46,884 nt of DNA, from positions 1-46,884 of the IMG/VR virus record IMGVR_UViG_3300037424_002473; one strand, given 5' to 3'. Under the pieces are notes generated by a model that saw nothing but the letters and a program-made list of their open reading frames with translations, was not told the DNA's origin and searched no databases. How positions within the stretch are numbered: the stretch's first letter is position 1; every line of letters starts with the position of its first letter. This document shows, piece by piece, positions 9,703 through 19,058 of this stretch. A program made the translations under genes and the position numbers. The stretch is from a virus (taxonomy: Duplodnaviria; Caudoviricetes).

Positions 9703-10127
9703 GTTTAGACCCACAAAAAATACAACGCTTCCACACACTAATGCACCGATGCAACCTGATAGATCAGAAGGAACATATATTAACCGGGCAGGGAGTTGAA
9801 AGCACTAAGGATTTAACCGAAATGCAACTGGATGGATTAATAGCCTGGTTAAATTCATTACTTCAATGGAGTGAGCTTAAAGACTACCAGTTTGCCACTT
9901 TCGACAATTCTAACAAACAGCACAGGTATTTACTAAGCTTATGCCAGGAATACGGATGGACTGTTTTTAACCAAAAGTTAAAACGTGAAGTGGCTGATCT
10001 TAACAGGTTAGGTGCGTGGATCAGAAAGTGTAGTGCTGCTAAAAAACCGCTTTTACAGCAAGATACTAAAGAAGTACAAAAGACTGTATACCAGTTTGAG
10101 CAAATGGTTAAGAAACATTTTAGTTAA
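9699..10127 (+). CDS. GemA/gp16-like regulatory protein
   Basis: STKDLTEMQLDGLI resembles the GemA motif; Mu-like position. Confidence 0.5.
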   Translation: MSLDPQKIQRFHTLMHRCNLIDQKEHILTGQGVESTKDLTEMQLDGLIAWLNSLLQWSELKDYQFATFDNSNKQHRYLLSLCQEYGWTVFNQKLKREVADLNRLGAWIRKCSAAKKPLLQQDTKEVQKTVYQFEQMVKKHFS

Positions 10128-10136
10128 TTAAAAATT

Positions 10137-10391
10137 ATGAGTAAAAAATCTAAAATGACAAATGAACAGCTTGCCAGTAAGTGGATAAAAGAACTTGAAG
10201 AAGCAGGTTATACTCCCGACCATATGATAAAAATTTTCAGAATGGCAGGTGAGATATATAAACAAAGAAGATATACTGAAAAACAAAAAAAATGCAATCA
10301 TAGTATGATCTTAAAACCGGAGGCTCTACTTGTACTTATTGTGGTTGGATGTCTTAATAAATTATCAATTAATAATTATGAATATAGATAG
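10137..10391 (+). CDS. hypothetical protein
   Basis: ORF track, co-directional. Confidence 0.45.
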   Translation: MSKKSKMTNEQLASKWIKELEEAGYTPDHMIKIFRMAGEIYKQRRYTEKQKKCNHSMILKPEALLVLIVVGCLNKLSINNYEYR

Positions 10392-10863
10392 ATTATACAC
10401 ATTAAGTCAATTTATTGATTATTTAAAATCATTGACCACAAAAGAGTTTTGTGAATTATTTGGCACTGAAGTTCCAACTGTAAGAGAAGGCGTTTGTGGT
10501 ATTTACAGAGTAGATGCTATTCAACTAAATCTAATAAAAGATTATAACACTTTTCTAAAACAACCATTAAAGAAAGAAATGTTTGTTAATGAAATTGAGT
10601 ATCCGATTGATATATATTACAGACCAGATGAAGGGTGTCAAAAATGTCCACAAGAACATTATTTATCTGATTTAGAAGAATGGCAAAGTGCTGAAAAGAA
10701 AGTGATTTTTAACGAAAACGATTGGCATTATGAACAGTTATTTGATAGATCAGTTGGAATTTGGATTAAAGATCATTTCTTCAATTTTAAAGTAAATTCA
10801 AGCTTATTCGATTTAGCTGAAAAAACCAAAGGACAATTAAAACTAAATAATATTAGCCTATGA
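10378..10863 (+). CDS. hypothetical protein
   Basis: ATG at 10378 overlapping the previous ORF's end. Confidence 0.55.
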   Translation: MNIDRLYTLSQFIDYLKSLTTKEFCELFGTEVPTVREGVCGIYRVDAIQLNLIKDYNTFLKQPLKKEMFVNEIEYPIDIYYRPDEGCQKCPQEHYLSDLEEWQSAEKKVIFNENDWHYEQLFDRSVGIWIKDHFFNFKVNSSLFDLAEKTKGQLKLNNISL

Positions 10864-11002
10864 CACACGAAGAAACAAGATTTTTAATGATTTGCCTTGC
10901 ATTGATTGTGATCTTTGCCTGGCTATTGTGGTTTCAGATTCGCCGTTTGCGTATCGAAAAACCCAGCGAAACAATTGTTATAACCCGAAAAACTATTCAT
11001 GC

Positions 11003-11407
11003 ATGAAAGAGTACATGTTTACATCTGCAACCTTTGAGGGATACTTAAAGTTTGGGTATGATTCTGAAGGTGTCCTGGTTAAATTCGAAAACAGTGCCTT
11101 GCTCGATACGATTCAGCTGGTGTACTTATCGAAGAATTTTCCGTTTTCTGAAAGCGAACTTCCCGAAAAGCTTAATAAAGGCAAGATAGTTGAATGCACC
11201 GATTTAAGTTTTGAACGTTTTTGGGAGGAATACGGATATAAAAAAGACAAAATATCTGCTGAAGCTCACTGGCGCAAAATGCCAGATGATGAAAAGGCAA
11301 AAGCTATATCAGCGATTAAGCGATATAAATACGATTGCAAAAAATATAATCGTGATATGATTTATGCCGTAAGGTATTTAAAGAATATGCGATATATGGA
11401 CGAATAG
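11003..11407 (+). CDS. phage protein with helical C-terminal domain (FxxFWxxY..K..A..W motif)
   Basis: FERFWEEYGYKKDKISAEAHW resembles phage replication-protein C-termini; ATG at 11003 preferred. Confidence 0.55.
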   Translation: MKEYMFTSATFEGYLKFGYDSEGVLVKFENSALLDTIQLVYLSKNFPFSESELPEKLNKGKIVECTDLSFERFWEEYGYKKDKISAEAHWRKMPDDEKAKAISAIKRYKYDCKKYNRDMIYAVRYLKNMRYMDE

Positions 11408-11439
11408 TTTAATTAAAAATGAATAACTAATAATTAAAA

Positions 11440-11670
11440 ATGATGAATAAAAAAGACGAAAAGATTATTAAAGATGCCAGGAAAAACAACATTCCCGTAT
11501 TTGTTTTAACTGCTAAAGACTCTGTGGCTGTTGAAGCAATGCGTGAGTACATGGAAGTATGCTCATTTGTAAACTGCCCGAAAGATCACATTAACGGAGT
11601 GTACGAACGAATTAAGGAGTTTGAAGACTGGCAGCACAAAAATGAACGTTTAGTTTCGAAACCTGATTAA
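11440..11670 (+). CDS. hypothetical protein
   Basis: IPVFVLTAKD..A small phage protein. Confidence 0.6.
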   Translation: MMNKKDEKIIKDARKNNIPVFVLTAKDSVAVEAMREYMEVCSFVNCPKDHINGVYERIKEFEDWQHKNERLVSKPD

Positions 11671-11738
11671 TTAATAAGTAAAAAATTGCAATATTTTTAA
11701 AAAAGCTTAATATTTTTGAAGAAGCAACAGGTTTAATT

Positions 11739-11963
11739 ATGGCTTATAATCGTGAAAATTTCTTAAAAGGTGTACTTATTGTTCAGGATATTTATCTGCA
11801 GCATAGTGATAGCGGACTAAATAACCGTGAAATCTTTAAACGTTATGTAAATCCAAGCTACCCTATGACAGAACGTACATTTTATGAGTATTTAGCCATA
11901 AACGCCCGTAAAGAATTAAAGGAATTACAAGAAGTAAAAAGGCTACAAATGAGCCTGTTTTAA
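11739..11963 (+). CDS. small HTH protein, candidate late-gene activator (Mor/C position)
   Basis: PMTERTFYEYL HTH-like end; last gene of the early block. Confidence 0.5.
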   Translation: MAYNRENFLKGVLIVQDIYLQHSDSGLNNREIFKRYVNPSYPMTERTFYEYLAINARKELKELQEVKRLQMSLF

Positions 11964-12016
11964 CTATAATTAATGCAGAAAAGTATTATTAATCAAATAA
12001 AAAAGGATAAAGTAAA

Positions 12017-12436
12017 ATGAATAAAAAAAACAAACAAAAGGGAAATGAATCTACATTGCTTAATAAATTGGCAGTTTATGCAGTTATAATAGGTGTTATT
12101 TTTTTAGTGATTTACATTCCTGCACAAATCATTAAAGGTAATAGGGCAGATAAAATAAGAGAAGCGGAAAAACAAGCAAGATTAGAGATTATAAAAAAGT
12201 TTGATGAAATAAACGTTGAAAGAAATGCCCCTTACAAGATTTCTGTAGATATTATGCTAAGGGATGAAGTTACTGAAAGTGAACTTAAGGAAATTGCAAA
12301 TTTGATCTATTATGATAAAACAGGAGAAAACTACGATCGTATATTTATACGCTACTTTCTTTGGAACCAGACAATAAATGATATTCCCTGGGCTACTGCA
12401 AATTTTGAACCCGATTTAAGAATTAAATTTAACTAA
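12017..12436 (+). CDS. membrane-anchored moron protein
   Basis: N-terminal TM LAVYAVIIGVIFLVIYI; followed by terminator. Confidence 0.65.
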   Translation: MNKKNKQKGNESTLLNKLAVYAVIIGVIFLVIYIPAQIIKGNRADKIREAEKQARLEIIKKFDEINVERNAPYKISVDIMLRDEVTESELKEIANLIYYDKTGENYDRIFIRYFLWNQTINDIPWATANFEPDLRIKFN

Positions 12437-12466
12437 CAAATATCGTTTAAACAGTATTTAAACATA

Positions 12467-12496
12467 AAAAAGCTCCTTAAATTAGGAGCTTTTTTT
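12467..12496. terminator. bidirectional intrinsic terminator
   Basis: AAAAAGCTCCT-TAAATT-AGGAGCTTTTT between convergent genes. Confidence 0.8.
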
Positions 12497-12902
12497 ATGG
12501 TTCATACTCAACATATCCCTTGAATTTAAACAATGCCGTAAACTTTCCGTTTTGTTTTTTAAAGCTCTCGCCTGTAATAGTAATACCGGAAATATAATCG
12601 ATTTCTTCTTTTAGTATTTTATCCTTCACAGCATTAATTATACTCATACTTTCAGTAAGTTTGGTTAATACAGGTTCAGGAGTACTGCCTGCCGATCGGT
12701 GGTAAGGAGTTATATCAACTTTTATGGTAAAAGGCAAATCGCCATTATAATGTGCTTCGCCTGATTCTCGCCAGGGAACTTCTCCTAAAGAAATATAAGC
12801 TGCAGGGCTTGTGCTAATTTCTTCGCTACCTTCGATATCGATGTACTTTAATTCAGGTACTTCGCTTAGTTTTTTTGATATGCTTAAATATAATTCAATC
12901 AT
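12495..12902 (-). CDS. putative tail-completion/neck protein (Mu gp37-like)
   Basis: LKYIDI ... PAAYI pattern; follows gpG-like gene. Confidence 0.5.
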   Translation of the reverse strand: MIELYLSISKKLSEVPELKYIDIEGSEEISTSPAAYISLGEVPWRESGEAHYNGDLPFTIKVDITPYHRSAGSTPEPVLTKLTESMSIINAVKDKILKEEIDYISGITITGESFKKQNGKFTALFKFKGYVEYEP

Positions 12903-12933
12903 AATATTGGTATTTAGTTATTAGTATTATGTA

Positions 12934-13380
12934 TCAAGATTTCATTATGTTGGTTATTCTTGTTTTTACTTTGCTGCTAATATTATTAATCAGCATAACA
13001 GATTTTCTGATAAAGGGCCGTTTAGGCATCATAAAGCCTTTACCACGCCCTGCTTTTAAACCTTCGTTATGTACCTGGGCATATATCTTATCACTTTTTA
13101 TGGCAACATCACGATTTTCTTTTTCATAGCTTATTGAGTCTCCTAAATCGCCTGTTTCTCCTGTAAGAATTTTGCGTGTTGCAGCAGCTTTTCCCGAATT
13201 TTTTGAACTCTGCCTTCGCTTTACTTCCTGCCAGGGCATATCCTTTTCGCTTTTATCGGAGAAAGCTTCATCGTGAAATGATTGTTTGAAATGATTAACA
13301 GCTTCAGTACCGACAATATCCTGTACATCGTTCTGAAGGAAGTTATTTAGCTCATTAATTCTATTTATAAAATCTTGCAT
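12934..13380 (-). CDS. virion morphogenesis protein (Mu gpG-like)
   Basis: ILTGETGDL..SI, YAQVHNEG, MPKRPFI; start MQDF preferred. Confidence 0.8.
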   Translation of the reverse strand: MQDFINRINELNNFLQNDVQDIVGTEAVNHFKQSFHDEAFSDKSEKDMPWQEVKRRQSSKNSGKAAATRKILTGETGDLGDSISYEKENRDVAIKSDKIYAQVHNEGLKAGRGKGFMMPKRPFIRKSVMLINNISSKVKTRITNIMKS

Positions 13381-13408
13381 ATATTTACTTTTATTTAAAT
13401 TGTACGAT

Positions 13409-13747
13409 ATGTTCCTGAGAAAGCTTTTATATGGCAAGAACTATGTTTTTTTATTCATATTAGACAGCCTATTAAAATGTTTCCAAAACAGCGATTACAT
13501 AGACAATAAGCTATTCTACGATGGCTCTGATAAACTGCCACACTTTAATCAAGCTATTGATAAGCTTGTTAAAGAGGGGTTGCTTGAGATTAGTTCTCAT
13601 GGTGTCGGTATCACTCTCCCGGGAAAAATGAAAGTTCGTACTGGCGGCTTCCTTAGAGAATCGTTCCTGAAACGTTTGGCACGTGTCGGTGTTACAATTG
13701 GTATTATTGCAAGTCTGTTGGCAATCGTTCAGTATTTTAGTAGCTAA
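13409..13747 (+). CDS. antisense moron, wHTH-like with C-terminal TM
   Basis: LVKEGLLE..GITLPG wHTH-like; C-terminal hydrophobic helix. Confidence 0.55.
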   Translation: MFLRKLLYGKNYVFLFILDSLLKCFQNSDYIDNKLFYDGSDKLPHFNQAIDKLVKEGLLEISSHGVGITLPGKMKVRTGGFLRESFLKRLARVGVTIGIIASLLAIVQYFSS

Positions 13748-13813
13748 TTGTACTTTGTTTACTTTAACTTTCCAATTTTCAATTACTTTACGTGATGTTT
13801 TTTGTTTCATTTC

Positions 13814-13845
13814 TTGACAAATATTTAAATTAAGTTGTATATTTG
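13814..13845 (+). promoter_or_regulatory. Bacteroidota promoter facing the MuF 3' end
   Basis: TTG-N21-TATATTTG. Confidence 0.6.
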
Positions 13846-13849
13846 CATT

Positions 13850-13921
13850 GAAACCTGTTGGTTAAAAGCGTACCGGTTTGCTGAACCGGCAACTTCTTTT
13901 AGCTAGCAGGTTTCACCTTTT
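13850..13921 (+). ncRNA. candidate structured small RNA
   Basis: 19-bp stem 13850-13868/13896-13914 with three G-U pairs (plus strand only); inner CCGGTT/AACCGG hairpin; T-run follows. Confidence 0.5.
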
Positions 13922-15004
13922 AAAAGGATTTAAACTAGATATTGCGTGTATTCTTGACACTTCGTTACGGGTATCTTCAAAAACATTTATGTAGCTTTCT
14001 TTACCCTTTATTGTAACTTTATAGTAATACCAAGATTTATAATTCAGTGTACCATCAATTACAGGCTCTGTATTTAGTAACCTGGCTTTTCCCATTACTT
14101 CTTCAATATCCGTTAGGATCATATCCCTGTAAGCACGATCGGGATGCGCCTTTCCTGTAATAAACTTTACCTGCTCGTTCGTAAATGTTATAGGATACTT
14201 CAGTTCCTTTTTCAATATTTTGGTATTATTACCAACAAGCATTTCCTTTGCCCACTTTCTTAGCGAGTTTCGTAATATTCTTTCGGTCGATTTTAGCACT
14301 GTTTTACGTGCTTTTTTGCCTGTTTTACTTTCGTAAGGATGTGAACTGCTAAAAAGCTTTTTACTTAAAGCAGGGTTATTATCAAGCCCTGGAGCAACTT
14401 TTACATCGTTTTCGGGAACATCGCCAGTTACTTCTTCATCAGTATTCGTAACTCCACACATACAGTTCCAGCTTAAAGGAGGTGTATGCGTAGCCCAAAA
14501 TGAGTGATTCATTGGCAGTACCGTACCATAAAACACTTTATGTTCCGGGCGTGGAACAGCAGCACGGCTCGGAAGGTATTCTATGTTTGGATACAGATGC
14601 TTTGTTTGTTCCCACTTTTTCCAATTAGCAGCTGACCGTGCTGACCTTACTGCAGTATTATATTCCGTTTTTAAATGCCTGTATTCAGTATCGACAAAAG
14701 GCTGTGCATCCTTTTTGAACTGGCTGAAACTTTTTAAACTTCCATCTTCGGTACGAATAAGACTGGCAAGTTCGTTACTTTTGTGATGGTTTTTAAAAGC
14801 AGAAAAAACAGCATTATTATACTTTAGTTCCTGGACAAAGTCATAATCAGGATCGCCATACTTAACAATACCAAAACCTTCATCAACAGATTTATTTAAC
14901 TCCTGAAAGGTTAACTTCCATAACGATGGGTCTATTCCATCAGGAGGAGTTACCCCTGAATACACATCAATTAAAGCCTGACTAATTAAAGCATCAATAT
15001 TCAC
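13913..15004 (-). CDS. MuF-like minor head protein with C-terminal extension
   Basis: LKTEYNTA, RPEH, FWATHTPPLSWNCMC; about 120-aa extra C-terminal domain; no ATG start. Confidence 0.8.
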   Translation of the reverse strand: MNIDALISQALIDVYSGVTPPDGIDPSLWKLTFQELNKSVDEGFGIVKYGDPDYDFVQELKYNNAVFSAFKNHHKSNELASLIRTEDGSLKSFSQFKKDAQPFVDTEYRHLKTEYNTAVRSARSAANWKKWEQTKHLYPNIEYLPSRAAVPRPEHKVFYGTVLPMNHSFWATHTPPLSWNCMCGVTNTDEEVTGDVPENDVKVAPGLDNNPALSKKLFSSSHPYESKTGKKARKTVLKSTERILRNSLRKWAKEMLVGNNTKILKKELKYPITFTNEQVKFITGKAHPDRAYRDMILTDIEEVMGKARLLNTEPVIDGTLNYKSWYYYKVTIKGKESYINVFEDTRNEVSRIHAISSLNPFKR

Positions 15005-15077
15005 TATTGAATCAGATAACTCAATAATATCAGAACTCCCGTAAAGTTTATCAATGGTTTCCCTGAGCGTAACGGGA

Positions 15078-16370
15078 TTATTCAGCCCAGGGGAAAAGCG
15101 AAAAAAGGTAATCTTTAAAAGCTACGTACCACGGTTTGTCTGAAAGCTTTTTGGCATCGGTTTTTGTTTCCTTTTCTGGCTTTTCTTTGGACTTGTCAGG
15201 CGAGATCTCCTTTATATCGGTATTGTCTTCGCCTGTTTTTTGATTAACATATCCTGCCCCTTTTTTTGGAACAGGCATATTATATTTATTATAGAAGTAT
15301 TCCGGCTCTACATTTAGCTTTGCGGCAAATTTGAGGTCCATTTCGAAACGTTTTTCGATCGGAATGGAATCTTCTTCTTCGTAAGCAAAGTGCCCGCCTT
15401 CAACATTGTAACCGTAGTTTGTAAGTATTCGTTTAAATTTCTCATTAAGTATCCGTATTACAAATCGTTTATCAGCTTTAGCAATTCCTTCTTCGCTTTT
15501 TGCATGGACTTCGCCTTTGTAATTACCACCTTTTGAATCGGTAGTCATGGTATTGTGCAATATAAGCTTACTCATTTGGGCATCACATAACTCTTCCAAT
15601 CCGATAAATAGATCGTTCGATGCGCTTTTTGTGTTCGTATCATGAAGTTTGAACTCGGCATTACGTGGGCGTACAACAAACTGAGAAGCACCTGTTTCAC
15701 GTGCTGCTTTTTCTAAGGCAGGCTTGGTAGTAACATCATCGTAAATATATTCCCTGAATGGATTTCCGAAGCTTTCTGCAAACAAAGCATAATCAGTAAC
15801 TCCGCCTTTTTTGTAAATTACCCAAATGGCAGCAGATGCAAGTAAACCCATATCTTTTGGTTTGCCTACTTCAATTACATAATTATTCACTGGCTCAATG
15901 TTGTATGGTTCGCCATACATATCATAGGCTTGTCTGAGTACTTCCTTGCGTATTGGGTTTACATGTGCCCGGTCGATTAATGTGTAATTAATAGCAGTAC
16001 CTTCAATATTGTTATACCAAAGCAGCGAATGACCAAAAAAACGAGAGTCAAGATAGTCCTTTATCATTTCCTCGGCAGCTTCTGTTTCCATCATGCTACA
16101 GATTTGTTCATTTTCAGAGCCATCGGCGTTAAAGAACTTGATGCGTGAATTTGTTACTTTTGACCTTCGTTTACCAATTAAACTAATCAGGTGGGCATCT
16201 AAAATAATCTCACGACATAAGTCGTAGTATTTTTTTCGATTAGGATAGTAGATATTTTCAAATGCTTTAATTGCGGTGCGCCACTCTTCAATGCCTTTAT
16301 AACTTCTATCGATAGGTGAAAGTATAATGGCAGGCATTTCAGCCTTCTTATTTGATTTTACATAAGCCAT
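15078..16370 (-). CDS. portal protein (DUF935/Mu gp29-like)
   Basis: DAHL, FAESFGNP, QMSKLIL..TMTT, GEVH motifs. Confidence 0.85.
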   Translation of the reverse strand: MAYVKSNKKAEMPAIILSPIDRSYKGIEEWRTAIKAFENIYYPNRKKYYDLCREIILDAHLISLIGKRRSKVTNSRIKFFNADGSENEQICSMMETEAAEEMIKDYLDSRFFGHSLLWYNNIEGTAINYTLIDRAHVNPIRKEVLRQAYDMYGEPYNIEPVNNYVIEVGKPKDMGLLASAAIWVIYKKGGVTDYALFAESFGNPFREYIYDDVTTKPALEKAARETGASQFVVRPRNAEFKLHDTNTKSASNDLFIGLEELCDAQMSKLILHNTMTTDSKGGNYKGEVHAKSEEGIAKADKRFVIRILNEKFKRILTNYGYNVEGGHFAYEEEDSIPIEKRFEMDLKFAAKLNVEPEYFYNKYNMPVPKKGAGYVNQKTGEDNTDIKEISPDKSKEKPEKETKTDAKKLSDKPWYVAFKDYLFSLFPWAE

Positions 16371-16372
16371 AA

Positions 16373-16783
16373 TTAATATCTTTTGCTATTAGTTCCTGAA
16401 ATAATTTCACTTAAAGATTCGTCTTCGGTATTTGTTTCGGTAAGTAGCGGAATTCCTGATAAACGAATTTCTCCTTTACGAATGTCCTTAAGGTCTGATT
16501 TGGCATAATCGTACCGCTCACGCCTTATTACGGGCACTTCTTCCAATACGCTATGAATATGGTATAATGCAACATCTATTACAATGCCCAATATAGTTTG
16601 CTCCCTGCTGTCGTCAATCTGAGCCCATAATACTGCAGTATCGTATTTTTGATTCAAATACCCGTCCACTTCTTTTATTGCCCTGCCAATATTCCGGTTA
16701 ATAAAACCTGAATCTTCACGGGATACAGCATGTAACACTTCGTTGTAAATACTTTGTCCTAAATCTTCTTCTGTTATGAACAT
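16373..16783 (-). CDS. head-tail adaptor (Mu gp36/DUF1320-like)
   Basis: MFITEEDL, VDGYL..KYD, DVALYH, RYDYA...L.DI.KG. Confidence 0.8.
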   Translation of the reverse strand: MFITEEDLGQSIYNEVLHAVSREDSGFINRNIGRAIKEVDGYLNQKYDTAVLWAQIDDSREQTILGIVIDVALYHIHSVLEEVPVIRRERYDYAKSDLKDIRKGEIRLSGIPLLTETNTEDESLSEIISGTNSKRY

Positions 16784-16800
16784 ATTTTAAAATTTAAATT

Positions 16801-18324
16801 TTACCATTTCTTAGTCCTTCTTTCATTGCCGTATGTTGTCTTTTGATCCGGGTCACCTGGAGCAAACATTTCGTTTAGTTTAAAAATCGCACCTTCGTCA
16901 GCATCAGGAGCATCATCGTGCGTTTTATAGCCCGGCTCAATTCCCTTTAACTGTGCAGTACCTTCCTGCATATCGTTTGAACTTTTATCACGCTCGTTGT
17001 AAATGATCCTGCCTTGCTGATAGTATGGCAACAGAGTAAGTATTCGCTTGTATTTGTTTGGTTTATTCCGATCATCGGTTATTAAAGGAATATCCCATTT
17101 GTATTTCTTTTTAAGCTGTTTATAAACCATTTGCAGGGCATCGTTCCAAAACTGGCTTTCGTACCAAAATATAAGACTTACACCGGAAGGTACTAATGAA
17201 TGAAAAAGAAACATCCATTCAATGGCATCGTACATTTTACACTGACGAACGAAAGATTTAATTAGATAGTAGTAATCGCCTTTTTTACCCCAAACACGAA
17301 TGGCGTTATAATCGGCAGTATCTTTTTCAGAATATGCTACATCCCAATAAGCCAGTACGTGATCGTAATGGTCTATACGTGGTGTCTTTTCCCATCTGAA
17401 AAGTTTATCGGTAAATATTTTACCTTCGGTATGTGGTTCCTGGTTGTATTCAGCCTGACATGCTAATGTGCCTAATTCTTTGATCTGAGTTTCCCAATAT
17501 TCTTTAGGATACATTTCAGGCCATGTTGATTCAAGTGTAGCCGGATCGTAAGCTTTTAGATGGTGAACGAACCAAGTTGGATGTTTTTCCTGCAGGATGG
17601 TTTGAATCATCCGTTTAGCCCAACGGTTATTTGAATAAAGAAATCGCCTGAACTTACCTGTCATGGTAGGTATTAATGAGCGTTCAATCCATTTTGCCTG
17701 ACTATCCTGTCGTTGCGGATTGTTATTAATTTCTTCTGTTTCCATATCGTCCGCATTAATCAGGTCAGGACGGCGATTACCTACACGTAATCCCCTTACT
17801 TTTTGTCCAACACCTAAGGCACGTCCGATATACCCGTTAGCTGTAATAAAGTATCCACGTTCCCACTTTTTACCAATGACTTTTTGTTCTCCAAAATCAC
17901 GTATGATTTTTTGGTTTGCTTCAAGTTCGGCACGCAAGTCATCTAATAAGTCAGATGCGGCATCAAAGCAGTTTGATATTTGAAGATAGTACCAGCTTTG
18001 ATCGTTAATATGCAACCAGAAAGGAATAAATATGGTACAATGAACTGATTTTGCAAAACCCCTTGGCCATTCAGCAAAACCTTTAAACGTTTTATGTCGT
18101 TTTACTTTTTCGGCAAGCTCTATTTGAAAATCACCGCATTCGCAATCGGCAATGTGCGAAAAGTACGTTTTTACCATATACCGATAATCTTTCTTAGTCC
18201 TTTCGATACGTGCGGTTTTAGAATCCTTGGTATCTTCTATTTCATCCAGCGTAACACTCAACAGCCATTCGACCCTTTTCCGGTACTCTTCAATTGCTTT
18301 TTTATCTTTTGCAGTAAATTTCAT
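16801..18324 (-). CDS. terminase large subunit
   Basis: PRGFAKS Walker A, RPDLINADD Walker B, YWDVA and HDDAPDA nuclease motifs. Confidence 0.9.
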   Translation of the reverse strand: MKFTAKDKKAIEEYRKRVEWLLSVTLDEIEDTKDSKTARIERTKKDYRYMVKTYFSHIADCECGDFQIELAEKVKRHKTFKGFAEWPRGFAKSVHCTIFIPFWLHINDQSWYYLQISNCFDAASDLLDDLRAELEANQKIIRDFGEQKVIGKKWERGYFITANGYIGRALGVGQKVRGLRVGNRRPDLINADDMETEEINNNPQRQDSQAKWIERSLIPTMTGKFRRFLYSNNRWAKRMIQTILQEKHPTWFVHHLKAYDPATLESTWPEMYPKEYWETQIKELGTLACQAEYNQEPHTEGKIFTDKLFRWEKTPRIDHYDHVLAYWDVAYSEKDTADYNAIRVWGKKGDYYYLIKSFVRQCKMYDAIEWMFLFHSLVPSGVSLIFWYESQFWNDALQMVYKQLKKKYKWDIPLITDDRNKPNKYKRILTLLPYYQQGRIIYNERDKSSNDMQEGTAQLKGIEPGYKTHDDAPDADEGAIFKLNEMFAPGDPDQKTTYGNERRTKKW

Positions 18325-18415
18325 TTTAAGGGCTTATTTTAGAATTTTAGAGGCTCAATCGGTAATTGTATTATTTTTTTAAAAAGGATTCATTAAACCC
18401 GTGTTTAAACTATGT

Positions 18416-18877
18416 TTAAACTGATTTTGTAATTTGCTTTTGTCTTCCTTCAATAAAGTTTAATAGCAAGCTCGAAATATCAGCTGCTTTGCCCGGATGA
18501 TTTTTAATCAACCATTCAGTAACTTCATTAAATACTTCAATATAGATATGCACAGGACTATCGGATAGTGCTTCGATCTCTTTACGCAGCATGCTTTTGG
18601 CATCGGAAAGTACCTTGTCAGGAATTCCACCCCGGTCTTCAATTTCTTTGTTTACAGCTTTTAATTGTCGATACGCATCGGTAAGTAACTGTTGACGTGT
18701 TACTGTTTGGGCTTCCTTTAAAGCATCCCAGTCGTATTTGTCAATCCATGCCCTGAGCGTTTTTTCTGTTATACCAACAATTTCACATATCTCTTTTCTG
18801 CTAAGATACCCCCTTGTATATAATGATTGAGCCAGAGCTCTTTTTTCGTCAAACTTACTCATGTTGTTTTTAGACAA
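18416..18877 (-). CDS. terminase small subunit-like HTH protein
   Basis: SRKEICEIVGITEKTLRAW HTH directly upstream of TerL. Confidence 0.7.
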   Translation of the reverse strand: MSKNNMSKFDEKRALAQSLYTRGYLSRKEICEIVGITEKTLRAWIDKYDWDALKEAQTVTRQQLLTDAYRQLKAVNKEIEDRGGIPDKVLSDAKSMLRKEIEALSDSPVHIYIEVFNEVTEWLIKNHPGKAADISSLLLNFIEGRQKQITKSV

Positions 18878-18907
18878 AAATGAAGCGAAAATAGGATGAA
18901 ATCTAAA

Positions 18908-18942
18908 AAGTATGAAAGCCTTTCGGAGAAGTATGAAAGCCT
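18908..18942. promoter_or_regulatory. 14-bp direct repeat in the divergent late control region
   Basis: AAGTATGAAAGCCT at 18908 and 18929 (21-bp period). Confidence 0.6.
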
Positions 18943-19058
18943 ATCTGACAAGCTTGGAACGTGCCATTTATGAAGTTATTATTGCTTTCTAATCAAGCAC
19001 GAAATAGTGCAACAATATTAAAGCTAAAAACATGAAAAAACAAAATTTTTAACGAAGC

